A DNA stretch of 44,857 nt from Bdellovibrionota bacterium. Its GTDB lineage: Bacteria; Bdellovibrionota_C; UBA2361; OMII01. The position numbers were made by a program, and so were the translations under genes. This document shows, in pieces, positions 8,363 to 19,241 of the stretch. The notes beneath the pieces are model-generated. The model had not been told where the DNA came from, made no database searches, and was given only the letters and a program-made list of their open reading frames with translations. The DNA lies in NCBI GenBank assembly GCA_044356215.1, contig JBIKWQ010000021.1, positions 1-44,857 of the forward strand. The letters run 5' to 3'. The number at the start of each line of letters is the position of its first letter. Positions within the stretch are counted from its first letter, which is position 1.

Positions 8363-11300
8363 CTAATCCGTCACAAAGCGCGCGCGACTTCCGCGCGACC
8401 CAGGAATCACTTCCAACCTGAACTTAATCATCTCTTTTAGATCCGGCACATGTGAGATAACGCCGACCAATCTTCCTCCACTCCTCAAGTCATGCAGCGC
8501 CTGAAACGCCATCTCTAGCGCCTCTGGATCTAAGGTGCCAAACCCCTCATCGATAAAGATAGTCTCCATCTGGATCCCACCGGCATGCGCCTGAACCGCG
8601 TCAGCTAAACCAAGCGCCAGGGATAATGACGCCAGAAAGCTCTCGCCTCCTGATAATGTAGCCACAGATCTCTTGCTGCCCGAATAATGATCCAGGATCT
8701 CAATTGCCAGACCGCCCTCCTGTCGCCGATCACCTACTTCAACCGAACGGTGCATCTCATAACGACCCCTACTCATCCGCTTCAGGCGCGCCGTCGCGAG
8801 GGATAAAACGTTCTCAAGTCTCGATGCCAAGACATAAGATTGATAAGACATTTTTAGAGCGTTGTCACCTTGAGCCATATTAGAGACTCTTCCAGCGCTA
8901 CTATACTCTTCCTCAACAAGCTTTAGACGCTCTTCTATTTCGCTTAACGCTTTAATTAAATTATCGAGCGTGGATAACTCCCCAGAGACACAAGCCACCT
9001 CCTTAATATTGGACTCCAGATCTCTCTGAAGTTCCTCTAGTCGCATCTTGATCTGCTCAATGTTTGGTCTCTCACCCTCTGGTAAGCTAGCAACAGCTCT
9101 CTCTAATCTGTCATCCGCCGCCGCGCGCTCTTTAGTGTAGATCTCAAGCTCTCTCCGCATCTGATTGAGCTCCTCATAAGTAGCCACTATCATTCTCAAC
9201 TCGTCTCGTGACGCGATGCCACAGGATAGAGACTTCTCAGACAGCTCATGCTCACTCTTTGCTAACTGGGCCTGCTTACTATCCAGAGTCTCTTGAACCT
9301 CACTCTCTATAGCGCTATTGGTCGCCAGCTCCTCATTTACTTGATTCAGCGCGATTTGCGCAGATTTCAACTCATGTTTAGCCGCCTCTATCTTATTTTC
9401 AGTTGATTCCTTAAGTCTCTCGAGCTCGGCTAAGCTACTTATCTCTAGGGGGATCTGTTTTCTTAAGAGATCTATTCGAGTCTGAATTTGCGCCAAGCCA
9501 TTTCGTGCTTTTTCCTCCTCTTTTGCCGCGTTCTCAAGCCGAACTGTCATGGCATTTCGATCGTTTATCAACCGTGATTTTCGATTTTCTAATCCCTCAA
9601 ACTCAGCCTTGGCGTCATTACAGCTCTTCAACTCCCTCTCTTGGGACTCCTTTTGAGCCATTAAATCAACTAAAGATTTCCCGCTACGCTCCTTAAGGGA
9701 ATTAAGCAAGCTCTCTACTTTGCCTTGAATCAAGCTTAACACCCCTTGAGCCTCTAGACGCGCCTTATCTCTCTCGTCTAAGGCGTTGCGCGCGGCATCT
9801 AGGGCATCACGCGCTTTTGACATATCGTCGTCTAATAAAATCTCTCCCTCATAATCCCGTGGAGATGGATGGCTGGTCGAGCCACACACAGGACACGGCT
9901 GGTTAGGCTCCAATGATTTAGCCAGAGCCGCAGCGCGCGAATCCTCCCATATCTGTCGCAACCTCTTTTCGTGAAGTTCAGCTTCCATCACCGCGCGAGC
10001 AGCGCTATCACGAGCACCAGACTCTAGCTCGAAGGCCGCCCTGGCTTTCTCCTCATCTCGTCTCGCCTTCTCAAGAGCCTCAAGATCCTCGATCTCTTTG
10101 GTGATGATCTTTAATTCGTTGGGCAAAGCCTCTAATCTATTTATCTTGGTAGCCAAATCGGCTTCCCTCTTCAATAAATTATCAAGCTCCTCCTTCGCAT
10201 CTTTCTCTCTTCGCCGCAGCTCACTAAGCTCGTCTTTTGTCCAATTCGCCGCTTTGATAGCTCCCTGCAGCTTCTCATTCTCACGCTCCAAGTCATTGAC
10301 CACAGACTCAAGGGCACGGAGCTTGGCCAGCTCGGAATCTAATTCGTTCCTCTCGCTATTCCTTGATTCTTCTCTCTTTAACGCCTGCTCCGCGGATTCC
10401 CGCTTGATTTTAAGCTCACTCAAAACGGCGCTGAGATTAACGCTACGCTGATTAAGTTTAGCGACCTCAGTAGTTAGCTCGCTGAGCGCCGTCTCCATTG
10501 AGATTAACGGAGCGGCTCCCTCATAAAGCCTGACTCGCCGCTCAAGGCCTGATATAACTTCGCGCTGGTTATCCAACTCCTTGACCGCTGCTGCAGCTCT
10601 GTCCCTTTCAGAGAATTTATTATCTATCTCTATCGCCGCAATCTGAATTTGTTTCTGCTTCTCCAGCAGTTTTTGCAGCTCATCTTGTCGCGACTCGGTC
10701 GCCCGCTGAACGATTCTAAGAGAGCTCATTTTTTCTAGCACCTGTTCTTGGCTCTCAACTTTATGCAGCTCTAACTGACCCTCTCTCTTGTCTCTCTCTG
10801 TTTTAATTTCACGCGACAAAGCCGCCGCTCGATCTTTAAGCCGCCACTCGATAGCTCTGTAATCAGCGGCTTGGAAAAGGGTTTCAAGAATCCCCTTGCG
10901 CTCCTTTACATCCGCTAAAAGAAGCCGTCTAAACTGACCCTGTGGAATTACTATCAACTGACGAAACTGCTCGGCGCTAAATCCTAAGATCTCGATTATC
11001 TTCTCGTTTACCGCTCGGGGCTTAGTGGCTAGCACCACACCCTCGGAATCATCAACAACTCCGCTCTGATCCCAAAGAGTCGCTCGGGTTTCAAAACTCC
11101 TAAGTCCCGCCCTTTTTGCTTGCAGTTCCTGCTCGGGGGATCTTCGCACTCGAAAACGTTTAGCCCCTACGCAAAACTCAAATGTAACAGAGGTCTCCTC
11201 GGTTTTATCAGCTAAATGACTCCGTAGCTCAGTAGGCTTACGCTCATCCCCGCTTGATTCCCCGTAAAGCGCGAAGCTCATAGCGTCTAATAGAGTTGAT

Positions 11301-11422
11301 TTACCAGACCCTGTCGGCCCATGAATTAGAAATAATTTTCCATCTCCTAGCTCGGTAAAATCGATCACCTGCTGGTCGGCGTAACAGCTAAACGCGCGCA
11401 TTTCGATCCGAATCGGCCTCAT
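8363..11422 (-). CDS. sbcC: SbcC (Rad50-like) SMC ATPase subunit
   Basis: Walker A GPTGSGKS, Q-loop IPQG, coiled coil with CPVCG zinc hook, LSGGE signature, IFIDEGFG Walker B. Confidence 0.96.
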   Translation of the reverse strand: MRPIRIEMRAFSCYADQQVIDFTELGDGKLFLIHGPTGSGKSTLLDAMSFALYGESSGDERKPTELRSHLADKTEETSVTFEFCVGAKRFRVRRSPEQELQAKRAGLRSFETRATLWDQSGVVDDSEGVVLATKPRAVNEKIIEILGFSAEQFRQLIVIPQGQFRRLLLADVKERKGILETLFQAADYRAIEWRLKDRAAALSREIKTERDKREGQLELHKVESQEQVLEKMSSLRIVQRATESRQDELQKLLEKQKQIQIAAIEIDNKFSERDRAAAAVKELDNQREVISGLERRVRLYEGAAPLISMETALSELTTEVAKLNQRSVNLSAVLSELKIKRESAEQALKREESRNSERNELDSELAKLRALESVVNDLERENEKLQGAIKAANWTKDELSELRRREKDAKEELDNLLKREADLATKINRLEALPNELKIITKEIEDLEALEKARRDEEKARAAFELESGARDSAARAVMEAELHEKRLRQIWEDSRAAALAKSLEPNQPCPVCGSTSHPSPRDYEGEILLDDDMSKARDALDAARNALDERDKARLEAQGVLSLIQGKVESLLNSLKERSGKSLVDLMAQKESQERELKSCNDAKAEFEGLENRKSRLINDRNAMTVRLENAAKEEEKARNGLAQIQTRIDLLRKQIPLEISSLAELERLKESTENKIEAAKHELKSAQIALNQVNEELATNSAIESEVQETLDSKQAQLAKSEHELSEKSLSCGIASRDELRMIVATYEELNQMRRELEIYTKERAAADDRLERAVASLPEGERPNIEQIKMRLEELQRDLESNIKEVACVSGELSTLDNLIKALSEIEERLKLVEEEYSSAGRVSNMAQGDNALKMSYQSYVLASRLENVLSLATARLKRMSRGRYEMHRSVEVGDRRQEGGLAIEILDHYSGSKRSVATLSGGESFLASLSLALGLADAVQAHAGGIQMETIFIDEGFGTLDPEALEMAFQALHDLRSGGRLVGVISHVPDLKEMIKFRLEVIPGSRGSRARFVTD

Positions 11423-12573
11423 TCGCTAATGCCCCCTTTAGCAGACTCTTCAGCTCTCTGGTGCATTGCGGCGTCGAACGCCTTTAAGTGCGCGTCCTCT
11501 GGCTCTTTGTTCGTCACATATTTTAGGAAATCGCCAAAGAGATCTCGTGGACTCTGCCTTAGGTTAACAGAGATAGCGTTTTGCGGGTCTATTAAACTCT
11601 CAATGTTAACGCGGCGCATCTGCAAGATATTTGGATATACCGCTCTGAGTTGTCCCATAGCGTCGATAATCGCGCCTGTGTCCGTAATTTCAGCCAGAAT
11701 ATAGTCCTCTCGATTTAACGCGTCACCTTTAAGGATCTCGGCGAACATCCCTCTCACAATGCGGGCGTCGCGTTTATAAGAGATAGGAATCTCTTCTATG
11801 CTAACTGCACCGTCAGCCGCTAACTCCACCAATGAGAATGACTTCCTGTGCGACACCTCAGAGAACGAATATTTACAAAGAGATCCCGAATAACGAACTC
11901 CATCTCGCGCGATAGCCTGTGGCTCGTGGAGGTGGCCGAGCGCCACGTAGTGAAAGTGATCAAAGATAGCAGCCTGCACCCTACCACTACCTCCAACAGA
12001 GATCGGCCGCTCAGACTCACTCTCACGCCCCCCATCAACAAAGGCGTGCGCCACCGCCACTCTTCTGGCGCCTGGGCGCGTCGCGTCAAGAGCCACTTGG
12101 CAGGCGGCAGCCAGTGCCTCCTGTGGATTTTGAATTGACTCATCACCTAACACCTGACGTGCTACCGCGGTCTCGAGATAGGGAAGCAAAGCAATGTCAA
12201 CCGCGCCATACTTATCCTCTAGACGGACTATCGACGGAGATTTAGTGAACGAGCCACGGATAAATATCCCATTACTCTCAAAGAGACCGGAACCGAAATC
12301 GATTCGCTCTGGAGAATCGTGATTGCCAGCTATGATTAACACAGGCTTTTTAAAGTCTGTGTTTAATCGATTAAGGGTCTGATTGAATAGAGCAACAGAC
12401 TCAACAGGCGGCAAAGCTCGGTCGAATATATCTCCCGCGACGATCAGGCAATCGGGCTTAAGTTCCGCGAGAGCGGCGAAAAGCTGATCAAGAACCAGTG
12501 CCTGGTCCTCAATCATAGAGACACCATGGAGCTGCCTACCAAGGTGCCAGTCTGCTGTGTGGAGGATGCGCAT
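11419..12573 (-). CDS. sbcD: SbcD (Mre11-like) nuclease subunit
   Basis: HTADWHLG, AGDIFD, GNHD and ALGHLH metallophosphoesterase motifs; ATGA overlap with sbcC. Confidence 0.96.
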   Translation of the reverse strand: MRILHTADWHLGRQLHGVSMIEDQALVLDQLFAALAELKPDCLIVAGDIFDRALPPVESVALFNQTLNRLNTDFKKPVLIIAGNHDSPERIDFGSGLFESNGIFIRGSFTKSPSIVRLEDKYGAVDIALLPYLETAVARQVLGDESIQNPQEALAAACQVALDATRPGARRVAVAHAFVDGGRESESERPISVGGSGRVQAAIFDHFHYVALGHLHEPQAIARDGVRYSGSLCKYSFSEVSHRKSFSLVELAADGAVSIEEIPISYKRDARIVRGMFAEILKGDALNREDYILAEITDTGAIIDAMGQLRAVYPNILQMRRVNIESLIDPQNAISVNLRQSPRDLFGDFLKYVTNKEPEDAHLKAFDAAMHQRAEESAKGGISE

Positions 12574-12883
12574 AAAAAGTTACAAATAAGCCATTCGTGA
12601 ACTGACTCGCTTTAAGGTATATCACTAAGGCCATGGGCGGCAACCGATGGAGGGGGATGAGAAGCTAATTTGGTGGGGGTGTGTCATGGGGTGAGACAGT
12701 GGGGCAAGAGAATCTCTCCGACCCTGGTGACAGCCGCCCCGCATAAGGTGATTTGCGTGCCTTATTATGTACTTCTGCTGGGTCCTATTTAGATTTGGCT
12801 GGGGAATGGCCAGCTTGATAATCGCGCAGAAGACCAGGTAACATGGCTTAATTCACAGCCTCATGTTCTAGCGAGATTTTTCT

Positions 12884-14002
12884 ATGGTACGCGACTCTCT
12901 ATCCCCGCTAATCTTTGTCCGGTTATTCTTACTATGCCTAAGCATCCTGCTACACCCTAGCAACCTGCGCGCTCAAAACTCGAACGAGATTAGGATCGGT
13001 GTTATGGCGCCAACTACTGGTGATTACGCGTCCGCTGGCGAGGAGATCCAGCGCGGCATCACTATCGCTCAAGACCAGCTTCGATTAGAGGGTATTCAAA
13101 CTAAGATCTCTTTTGAGAACGCTTGCCTACCGGCGCAAGGAGTAACAGCTCTTAGAAAGATGCTGGACAAAGACAAGATCGAAGCAATCGTGTCTAATTA
13201 CTGCGTAATTACGCTTAATGCGATACTTCCTATAATAGCGAAGAATTCGGTTATTACCTTTCAGAATTCTAGCGTTCCCGAGAAGCTTATCACCTCATCC
13301 CCTTTCACCTACGCCACTTGGCCATCCATAGAGCAAGAGGTAGGGGCGATGATCGCCGCCGCTGGAGATGAGTCGATTAAGCGCCCTGGTCTGATTTACT
13401 TAGAGTCCCCGTGGGGAAGTGGTTACGCCGATGCTTTCCGTGACGCTCTTTCAAATAGAGGAATAAAACCGCTAGTCGATCTATCTCAGGGGTTTGATGT
13501 TCACGATTTTCGCTCGGAGACTACAAGGCTAGCATCAACTAAAAGCTCTATGATACTAGCCGCGCACACAGGGGCCGTGATGGCAAGTTTCTTAAAACAG
13601 GCACGGGTCATGAACATTCAAGGAAGCTCGATCTTTGTGCCAAGCGACAACGATGATCAAGCTATCGTCTCTTCGGCTGGAGTCGCCGCCGAAGGAGTAT
13701 CACTCTTCTCGACCGAGAGCCCAAAGGAGAGTCCCGCGAGATCACGCTACAGATCTGAATACGAGAAGCGTTACAAGAGATCTCCTGATCCCTTAAGTCG
13801 CCACGCCTATGACCAACTAATCCTAACAGCGCGGGCACTCTCAGAGTGCAAGCGAGATATCTCGTGTGCGCGAACTCGTATAGAGGCGACCAGTAATTAC
13901 GATGGTGCTAGCGGCCAGTTCTCGATGACAAGTAAGCGAACTCCCCTGCGACCACTGTATCGCAAGCAGGTGCGTGATGGGGCGTTTAGGTTTGTGGAGT
14001 AA
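12884..14002 (+). CDS. LivJ/K-type (type I) ABC substrate-binding protein
   Basis: Signal peptide; IRIGVMAPTTGDYASAG N-terminal motif; AYD...GASGQFS C-terminal pattern. Confidence 0.85.
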   Translation: MVRDSLSPLIFVRLFLLCLSILLHPSNLRAQNSNEIRIGVMAPTTGDYASAGEEIQRGITIAQDQLRLEGIQTKISFENACLPAQGVTALRKMLDKDKIEAIVSNYCVITLNAILPIIAKNSVITFQNSSVPEKLITSSPFTYATWPSIEQEVGAMIAAAGDESIKRPGLIYLESPWGSGYADAFRDALSNRGIKPLVDLSQGFDVHDFRSETTRLASTKSSMILAAHTGAVMASFLKQARVMNIQGSSIFVPSDNDDQAIVSSAGVAAEGVSLFSTESPKESPARSRYRSEYEKRYKRSPDPLSRHAYDQLILTARALSECKRDISCARTRIEATSNYDGASGQFSMTSKRTPLRPLYRKQVRDGAFRFVE

Positions 14003-14526
14003 TGAGTCCGACTCTCTTGGGCACGAGGAGATTTTAGTATTCTCTTTTCACCGGGACTCTTTCCTTAGTGCCTACCTATGCTTGCTAATATACTGCCAAC
14101 ATTTTTCTGGCGGGCGATTCAGGCCGCCAGGCTGGTCTGACGCTAGTCAGATTGCCAACTAGGAAAATCATCCTATTTTTGCTGTTCTGAATTCAACTCA
14201 AGCCCTTTTAAAGAACTGCGATTGGCCAATAAGATCAAACTTTTAACTCAGGGTGCAAAAAGCAAACGGGACACCAGTGACCTTAATTCAGAGATGAGCA
14301 TGTGCAATTGAGCACTATTCCCTCAAGTAAATAATTGGTGGGAAATGAATATTTTTCTTGCATCCGAGCATCCAACGTAGGTTATTTTTGAGATGTCGAT
14401 AGCACCTGATATCGGCGGCAGTAGTGCCAGCACAAGTTTTATTGTGTTGGCAGAGATGAAAACAGGTGTCCGCAGCAGCGCGCAAGCGCTCTGAACCGCA
14501 GTACGACTACGATAGCTGGAGCGCCT

Positions 14527-17500
14527 ATGAAGACCCCGTGCCTTACCTGCGATAGTACCAGACATTATTTATGTAGATATTTCTGCAGTGTTTTCAAACT
14601 GCGGATGGGGTCTCGATGCCGAAATTCAAGTTATATTCGGACTATAAGCGCGGTATTTGTCGGGCTTTACCTTCTACTGCTCACACCAGTTTCTCGGGCT
14701 GATGTAATCACATCAGATACCATTACCCACTTTTCGCTTTCAGGTAGAACACTGCAAAGCGCCGTCGCCTGCAATGCGCTCCAGGGAACACGTCGGCTCG
14801 GCACTCTCAGGTTCAACTCTGGAGCACCGGCACCCATCGTGCCGGGAGCGCTTTTTTCAGAGCTATCCCCGTCTGCGGCGCAGCAGATTAAGAAGCTTGA
14901 GAATACGATCAGCTCTACGGCGCGACAGGCACGTATCAAAAGGCCCGCTAAAGCCAAGCGGCGATTCATTCAGAGACTTAACCAGGCTCGCGCTGAACTC
15001 GGGAAACTTTCAAATTTAGTTCAGTGGTGCGAAACCTTTGCGCCGATCGTGGCAAATCCTGGCGGACAACGTCCACCGGGACAACCGCCTTATAACGGTT
15101 CACCACGCCCAGCACCACCTTCTAATCCCTCGCCACAGCCTCCAATCCATAACGGAGATGAGTTCCCTCGCGTTGAGGACCTCTTGGGAGATGACTCACA
15201 AGAAGGGCAGTCATTCGAGTGCTCGAGCGTAGTTCAGGGAACGGTCTCAGGTGATACCTCCGCGATCGTGACACTCGGCAACGACGGTTGGCTGCGAAGT
15301 CAGGATTCCGCTTCGGGCACATTTACCTTTACCGATGTACCAGAGGGAACATACCTTCTAACGGCTGAACGTGCCGGCTACTCATTCGGACCTGCACACA
15401 AAGTGGTTGTTCGAGCTGATGGCAATTGTCCAGATATCTCCTTTACGGGCAGAGCACTCAAGACACCAGGAGTATACGCATTCCGGTGGCGCGAGCGCGA
15501 GTTGCTTCGAAGCGGAACAGAACAGGCATCTCTGATTGCAGCCAATACCGCTGACCAACCGCTCGTCGCCAAATCAGCGAGCCTCCTTGACTCAGCCAAT
15601 GACGGCAACCAAATAATCAAAGCAGCATCCAGCCCCGAACTTGAACTTGCTGCTCAATACAAGGTGCGACTCGACTCCAGCGAGCTGACCTGGAGTAACG
15701 AGTATAGTCAGAGGCTGCTTGAGTCATTCAGCGGAATGTGGACCTCCCTGGAGGTAAAACCAAGTGTGTGGACTCTAACAGAGGAGCACCTCAATAAAGA
15801 TATCGAATTTACCGAATCTGACCAGGAAATCCGGGTACGCATCTCGGCCGGAGCGTTTCGATACGCGCAATTAGGCCCTGCCCCACGCCCAGGTGAAAAG
15901 GGGGAGGTCCTTTCATTTAGATTGAGCGCTGCTTTAATCCGTTTTGCCAGCCGAAATGGTCGCAATCGCGGGGTCATTGAGTCCGTGCTGATGAACCAAT
16001 TCGGTGTCTACGTATATGACGATCCGGTAATGGCCGCCGGGCTAGCCGCAACGACGACCAGGGAGAGCACTGCGGCATTCCAGAGGTTCTCCGGGGAGGA
16101 GCTCATCGCCATTACCTCTGCTCTGGCAAATCTTCCGCGAATGAATGCTCTGTTACATCATGCTTTGGCCATTGTGCGACGCGCCAACGGAGTACCGAAT
16201 CCTACTTTGCCGGACTCTCTGGCGGTAATCCCGTATTCAGGACTGCGTAAAAACCAAGCGACTACAATGCCATACCTCGAATACAATCGAGAAGCGTTTA
16301 GAATCGCACAAGACGCCGATTCGATCTTCGAAACCCCAACGTTTAATTCGCTGCATCCATCCCTTGAGCCGCTCCTTCTGGGAACCCTAGCGGCGTACGG
16401 GGAGATCGTTTGGTATCATAGCCCCAGTGGCAGTAGCCTTAGAGAGGAGTGGACAAACCTTGGGGGCTGGGCGGCTAATCTATTCACGCAAGAGTGGACG
16501 TCGACCGATCCAACTCAGGTAGGCTCGATGTTGCCATACGGGGTCCGCCTGTATAGCCCTCAGGGCGACTTTGCGACTTCTCTGGCTCAGTATATCTCGG
16601 CTCCCAACGAACTCGCCTTCAGATCTCCGAGTCGATTCGAATTCATTCGAACAAGGGTAATGCACGGGCTCAGATATGTCCGAACTTTCAGAGATGACCT
16701 GAAGGTTCCGGTGTATAACCTGCGCCCCGATCTCTCACTGCCCGGCAAAGTGAAGGAAGCATCAATAGTGATCAAGGGCGAGCGAAATGAAACTAAGAAG
16801 TACCAGCTCAATATAAAACTGCAAGGAACTGATCCGATGTTACACGGCGCTAACTTCGCAACTGCATGGCTCAGACTAGTACCGAAATCGTCTTCACCTA
16901 CTCCCAAAGGTGAGAGAGATCTGAGGATGCACTTCTATCCCGTTAACCCTGATCCAACGTATGGAGCCTCGCTTGAGCTTGTAGCTAGAGGAGAACTGCC
17001 AAAATTTATCGCCGGCGGTTACTATGAACTGCGGTACATCGGCATTGCAGATATCGTTGGTAATGTTCGATTTCAGTACAACGATGTGGGCCTAGGATTC
17101 TTTGTCGACAATGACGAAACTCCACCGGAGCCAGCAAAGCTTGTGAAAGGAAGCACGACTCTTGCTGTAACCGAGACTGAGGTGGAAGGAGCACGTGTTC
17201 CAGCATTTAAGGTACAGTTCAGGGCTACAAACCCTGAGCGCCTTCTTGGTGTCGGAATTAGCATCGACGGCATGCGGGGAAATACCGTTAATTATGTATC
17301 GAGAAACGCCTGGGACTACGCTGTTGCGGGTGACCAAGTCACGATGACTATACCGGTCTCTCCGCATATTCGTTCGGATGAGTACGGCATAAGCTGGATA
17401 CGACTTCAAAGCGTCGAGGGGGATGAAGTGTTCTATTTCAGCAGGAATATCGAGACAAATGACTCATCGTACGAGTTAATTCCGCTCGTTACCGTGACTA

Positions 17501-17895
17501 ATACAAATGAGGATACTACCAGACCGGTTATAAATCTTAACAGGATTAAGGTAGAAAGCACCCCTGAAAACCCCGAGGCACCAAACGGAGCAACCTCCAT
17601 GGTCGTTACTATGTATGGAAAGGACGAACTAGCTGGTCTAAGCGACTTGATATTCTGCCTGCGAAGTCCTTTGGACCGGGTGTCATGCTACGGCCCTGAG
17701 ATCCGATCCTCTCGTTCGGTTCTCCCGACGGGCACCCCAGACTACGAGGAACTCAAAACCTACATTCGGCTACCAGCTGGCTCAGTAGGAGGAATCTGGG
17801 GTATCGACTACATCTACCTCTTCGACAAGGTAGGTAATCGGGAGGATCACGCACTCTCGGAGATCGTCAAGGTGCCGGTGGAAAACAAGATGTAA
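14527..17895 (+). CDS. Large secreted multidomain protein (Pro-rich linker, carboxypeptidase-regulatory-like beta domain, degenerate zincin-like domain, Ig-like C-terminal domains)
   Basis: 1122-aa ORF; hydrophobic signal ending near VSRA; DSASGTFTFTDVPEGTYLLTAERAGY motif; true start probably downstream of 14527. Confidence 0.7.
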   Translation: MKTPCLTCDSTRHYLCRYFCSVFKLRMGSRCRNSSYIRTISAVFVGLYLLLLTPVSRADVITSDTITHFSLSGRTLQSAVACNALQGTRRLGTLRFNSGAPAPIVPGALFSELSPSAAQQIKKLENTISSTARQARIKRPAKAKRRFIQRLNQARAELGKLSNLVQWCETFAPIVANPGGQRPPGQPPYNGSPRPAPPSNPSPQPPIHNGDEFPRVEDLLGDDSQEGQSFECSSVVQGTVSGDTSAIVTLGNDGWLRSQDSASGTFTFTDVPEGTYLLTAERAGYSFGPAHKVVVRADGNCPDISFTGRALKTPGVYAFRWRERELLRSGTEQASLIAANTADQPLVAKSASLLDSANDGNQIIKAASSPELELAAQYKVRLDSSELTWSNEYSQRLLESFSGMWTSLEVKPSVWTLTEEHLNKDIEFTESDQEIRVRISAGAFRYAQLGPAPRPGEKGEVLSFRLSAALIRFASRNGRNRGVIESVLMNQFGVYVYDDPVMAAGLAATTTRESTAAFQRFSGEELIAITSALANLPRMNALLHHALAIVRRANGVPNPTLPDSLAVIPYSGLRKNQATTMPYLEYNREAFRIAQDADSIFETPTFNSLHPSLEPLLLGTLAAYGEIVWYHSPSGSSLREEWTNLGGWAANLFTQEWTSTDPTQVGSMLPYGVRLYSPQGDFATSLAQYISAPNELAFRSPSRFEFIRTRVMHGLRYVRTFRDDLKVPVYNLRPDLSLPGKVKEASIVIKGERNETKKYQLNIKLQGTDPMLHGANFATAWLRLVPKSSSPTPKGERDLRMHFYPVNPDPTYGASLELVARGELPKFIAGGYYELRYIGIADIVGNVRFQYNDVGLGFFVDNDETPPEPAKLVKGSTTLAVTETEVEGARVPAFKVQFRATNPERLLGVGISIDGMRGNTVNYVSRNAWDYAVAGDQVTMTIPVSPHIRSDEYGISWIRLQSVEGDEVFYFSRNIETNDSSYELIPLVTVTNTNEDTTRPVINLNRIKVESTPENPEAPNGATSMVVTMYGKDELAGLSDLIFCLRSPLDRVSCYGPEIRSSRSVLPTGTPDYEELKTYIRLPAGSVGGIWGIDYIYLFDKVGNREDHALSEIVKVPVENKM

Positions 17896-18016
17896 TAGAG
17901 CCCCTGGTACAGGGTTACTTCTAAGCAAGCGAGGCTAGGCGCTGGCACTGTGCCATTTCAGAGTCCATAACTACCCCTCGCCAGCCTCCCTTTTTTAAAC
18001 CAATACCAGATACAGC

Positions 18017-18053
18017 TTGACATCACTCGGAGATCTGGGGGAAAATTCCGAGT
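18017..18053 (+). promoter_or_regulatory. Sigma70-like promoter with inverted-repeat operator directly before the ATG (likely leaderless)
   Basis: TTGACA 18017-18022; GAAAAT 18041-18046; IR ACTCGGA (18025-18031) / TCCGAGT (18047-18053); no SD. Confidence 0.5.
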
Positions 18054-19241
18054 ATGGTCAAAAGACTTCTCAACCTATCGACTTCACAGAGTTTCTTTCT
18101 ATTTGGCGCTCGTGGTACAGGCAAAACTAGCCTTGTAAAGAGTCATTTCGAGGTCAATCAGCGACCTCAGGAGGTCTTATACCTTGACCTATTAAATCTG
18201 GACCTCGAGGCAAAATATCAACTAGACCCAGAGATGCTCTTCAAGGAGCTATCAGCTCTCTCACCTAAGACTAAGACAGTAATTATCGATGAGATCCAGA
18301 AGGTTCCAAGATTATTAGATGTTATTCACCGCAAGATAGAAGATTCCCATTTAAGGTTTGTATTAACGGGCTCAAGCGCCCGCAAGCTTAAATTAGGCAG
18401 CGCCAATCTGCTGGCCGGGAGAGCGGCCGTATTCAATCTTTTTCCTCTGCTCGCTATCGAGCTGGCGGAGCAATTTGATCTTCAAAGCACTCTGATGTTT
18501 GGCTCTTTGCCCAGAGTCGTTAATTTGGCGGAACCCGTTGAAAAGAAGCGTAGCTTAAGAGCTTACGCCAACACCTATCTTAAAGAGGAAGTTTGGGGAG
18601 AGCAGTTAGTGCGAAAGATCGAACCTTTTCGCCGATTTTTGCAGGTCGCCGCTCAAACTCACGGGCAGACGGTTAACTACATCAAAATATCGAGGGATGT
18701 CGGAGTAGATGACAGCACCGTTCGCTCTTACTACTCGATACTAGAAGATACATTAGTGGGATTTTTTCTCCAGCCCTATGCGGGATCAGAGAGGAAAAAG
18801 CTGCGAAAGTCACCGAAATTCTACCTATTTGATAATGGCGTGAAAAGGGTGCTCGATGGAAGTATCGACTTTGATTTACAGCACGGCTCGTTTGAATATG
18901 GTAATTTATTTGAGCAGCTAGTGATAGTAGAGATTCTTCGACGCATCTCGTATTTGGAGCTCTCCGTTGAGCCTTCATTTTTAGCGACGGAGGGTGGCTC
19001 TGAGATTGATCTTGTCCTGGAGCGCTCCAGTCGCGTCGAAGTGATGATAGAGATAAAATCGGGAAGTAAAATTGATAACAGTGACCTGAGACATATCAAA
19101 GCGCTCGGGCCTGCTTTCAAAGGCGCCAGTTGCTTTTGCTTGTACGGCGGAAGCGTATCCTATCTCGATGGAGAGGTACGGGTAGTACCTTGGCTGGAGG
19201 GAGTTGAGCAGGTTTTGGCGATTATTCAGGGGCGAAGATAG
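18054..19241 (+). CDS. AAA_14 ATPase with DUF4143 and C-terminal PD-(D/E)xK-like domain
   Basis: GARGTGKT, IIDEIQK, LTGSSA, LAGRA, KSPKFYLFDNG, GNLFE and EIDLV...IEIK motifs. Confidence 0.9.
   Translation: MVKRLLNLSTSQSFFLFGARGTGKTSLVKSHFEVNQRPQEVLYLDLLNLDLEAKYQLDPEMLFKELSALSPKTKTVIIDEIQKVPRLLDVIHRKIEDSHLRFVLTGSSARKLKLGSANLLAGRAAVFNLFPLLAIELAEQFDLQSTLMFGSLPRVVNLAEPVEKKRSLRAYANTYLKEEVWGEQLVRKIEPFRRFLQVAAQTHGQTVNYIKISRDVGVDDSTVRSYYSILEDTLVGFFLQPYAGSERKKLRKSPKFYLFDNGVKRVLDGSIDFDLQHGSFEYGNLFEQLVIVEILRRISYLELSVEPSFLATEGGSEIDLVLERSSRVEVMIEIKSGSKIDNSDLRHIKALGPAFKGASCFCLYGGSVSYLDGEVRVVPWLEGVEQVLAIIQGRR

Noticed and set aside
12700..12840. Call as a cobalamin riboswitch or HDV-like ribozyme
   Set aside because: The GGGAA-GGTG-AATCC/ACTGT core and the P3/L3 geometry are missing; kept only as an unassigned candidate
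14010..14180. Hairpins CTGGCGG/CCGCCAG and TCTGAC/GTCAGA after the substrate-binding gene, considered as a c-di-GMP or other riboswitch
   Set aside because: No consensus motif recognised on either strand; may be terminator-like or chance
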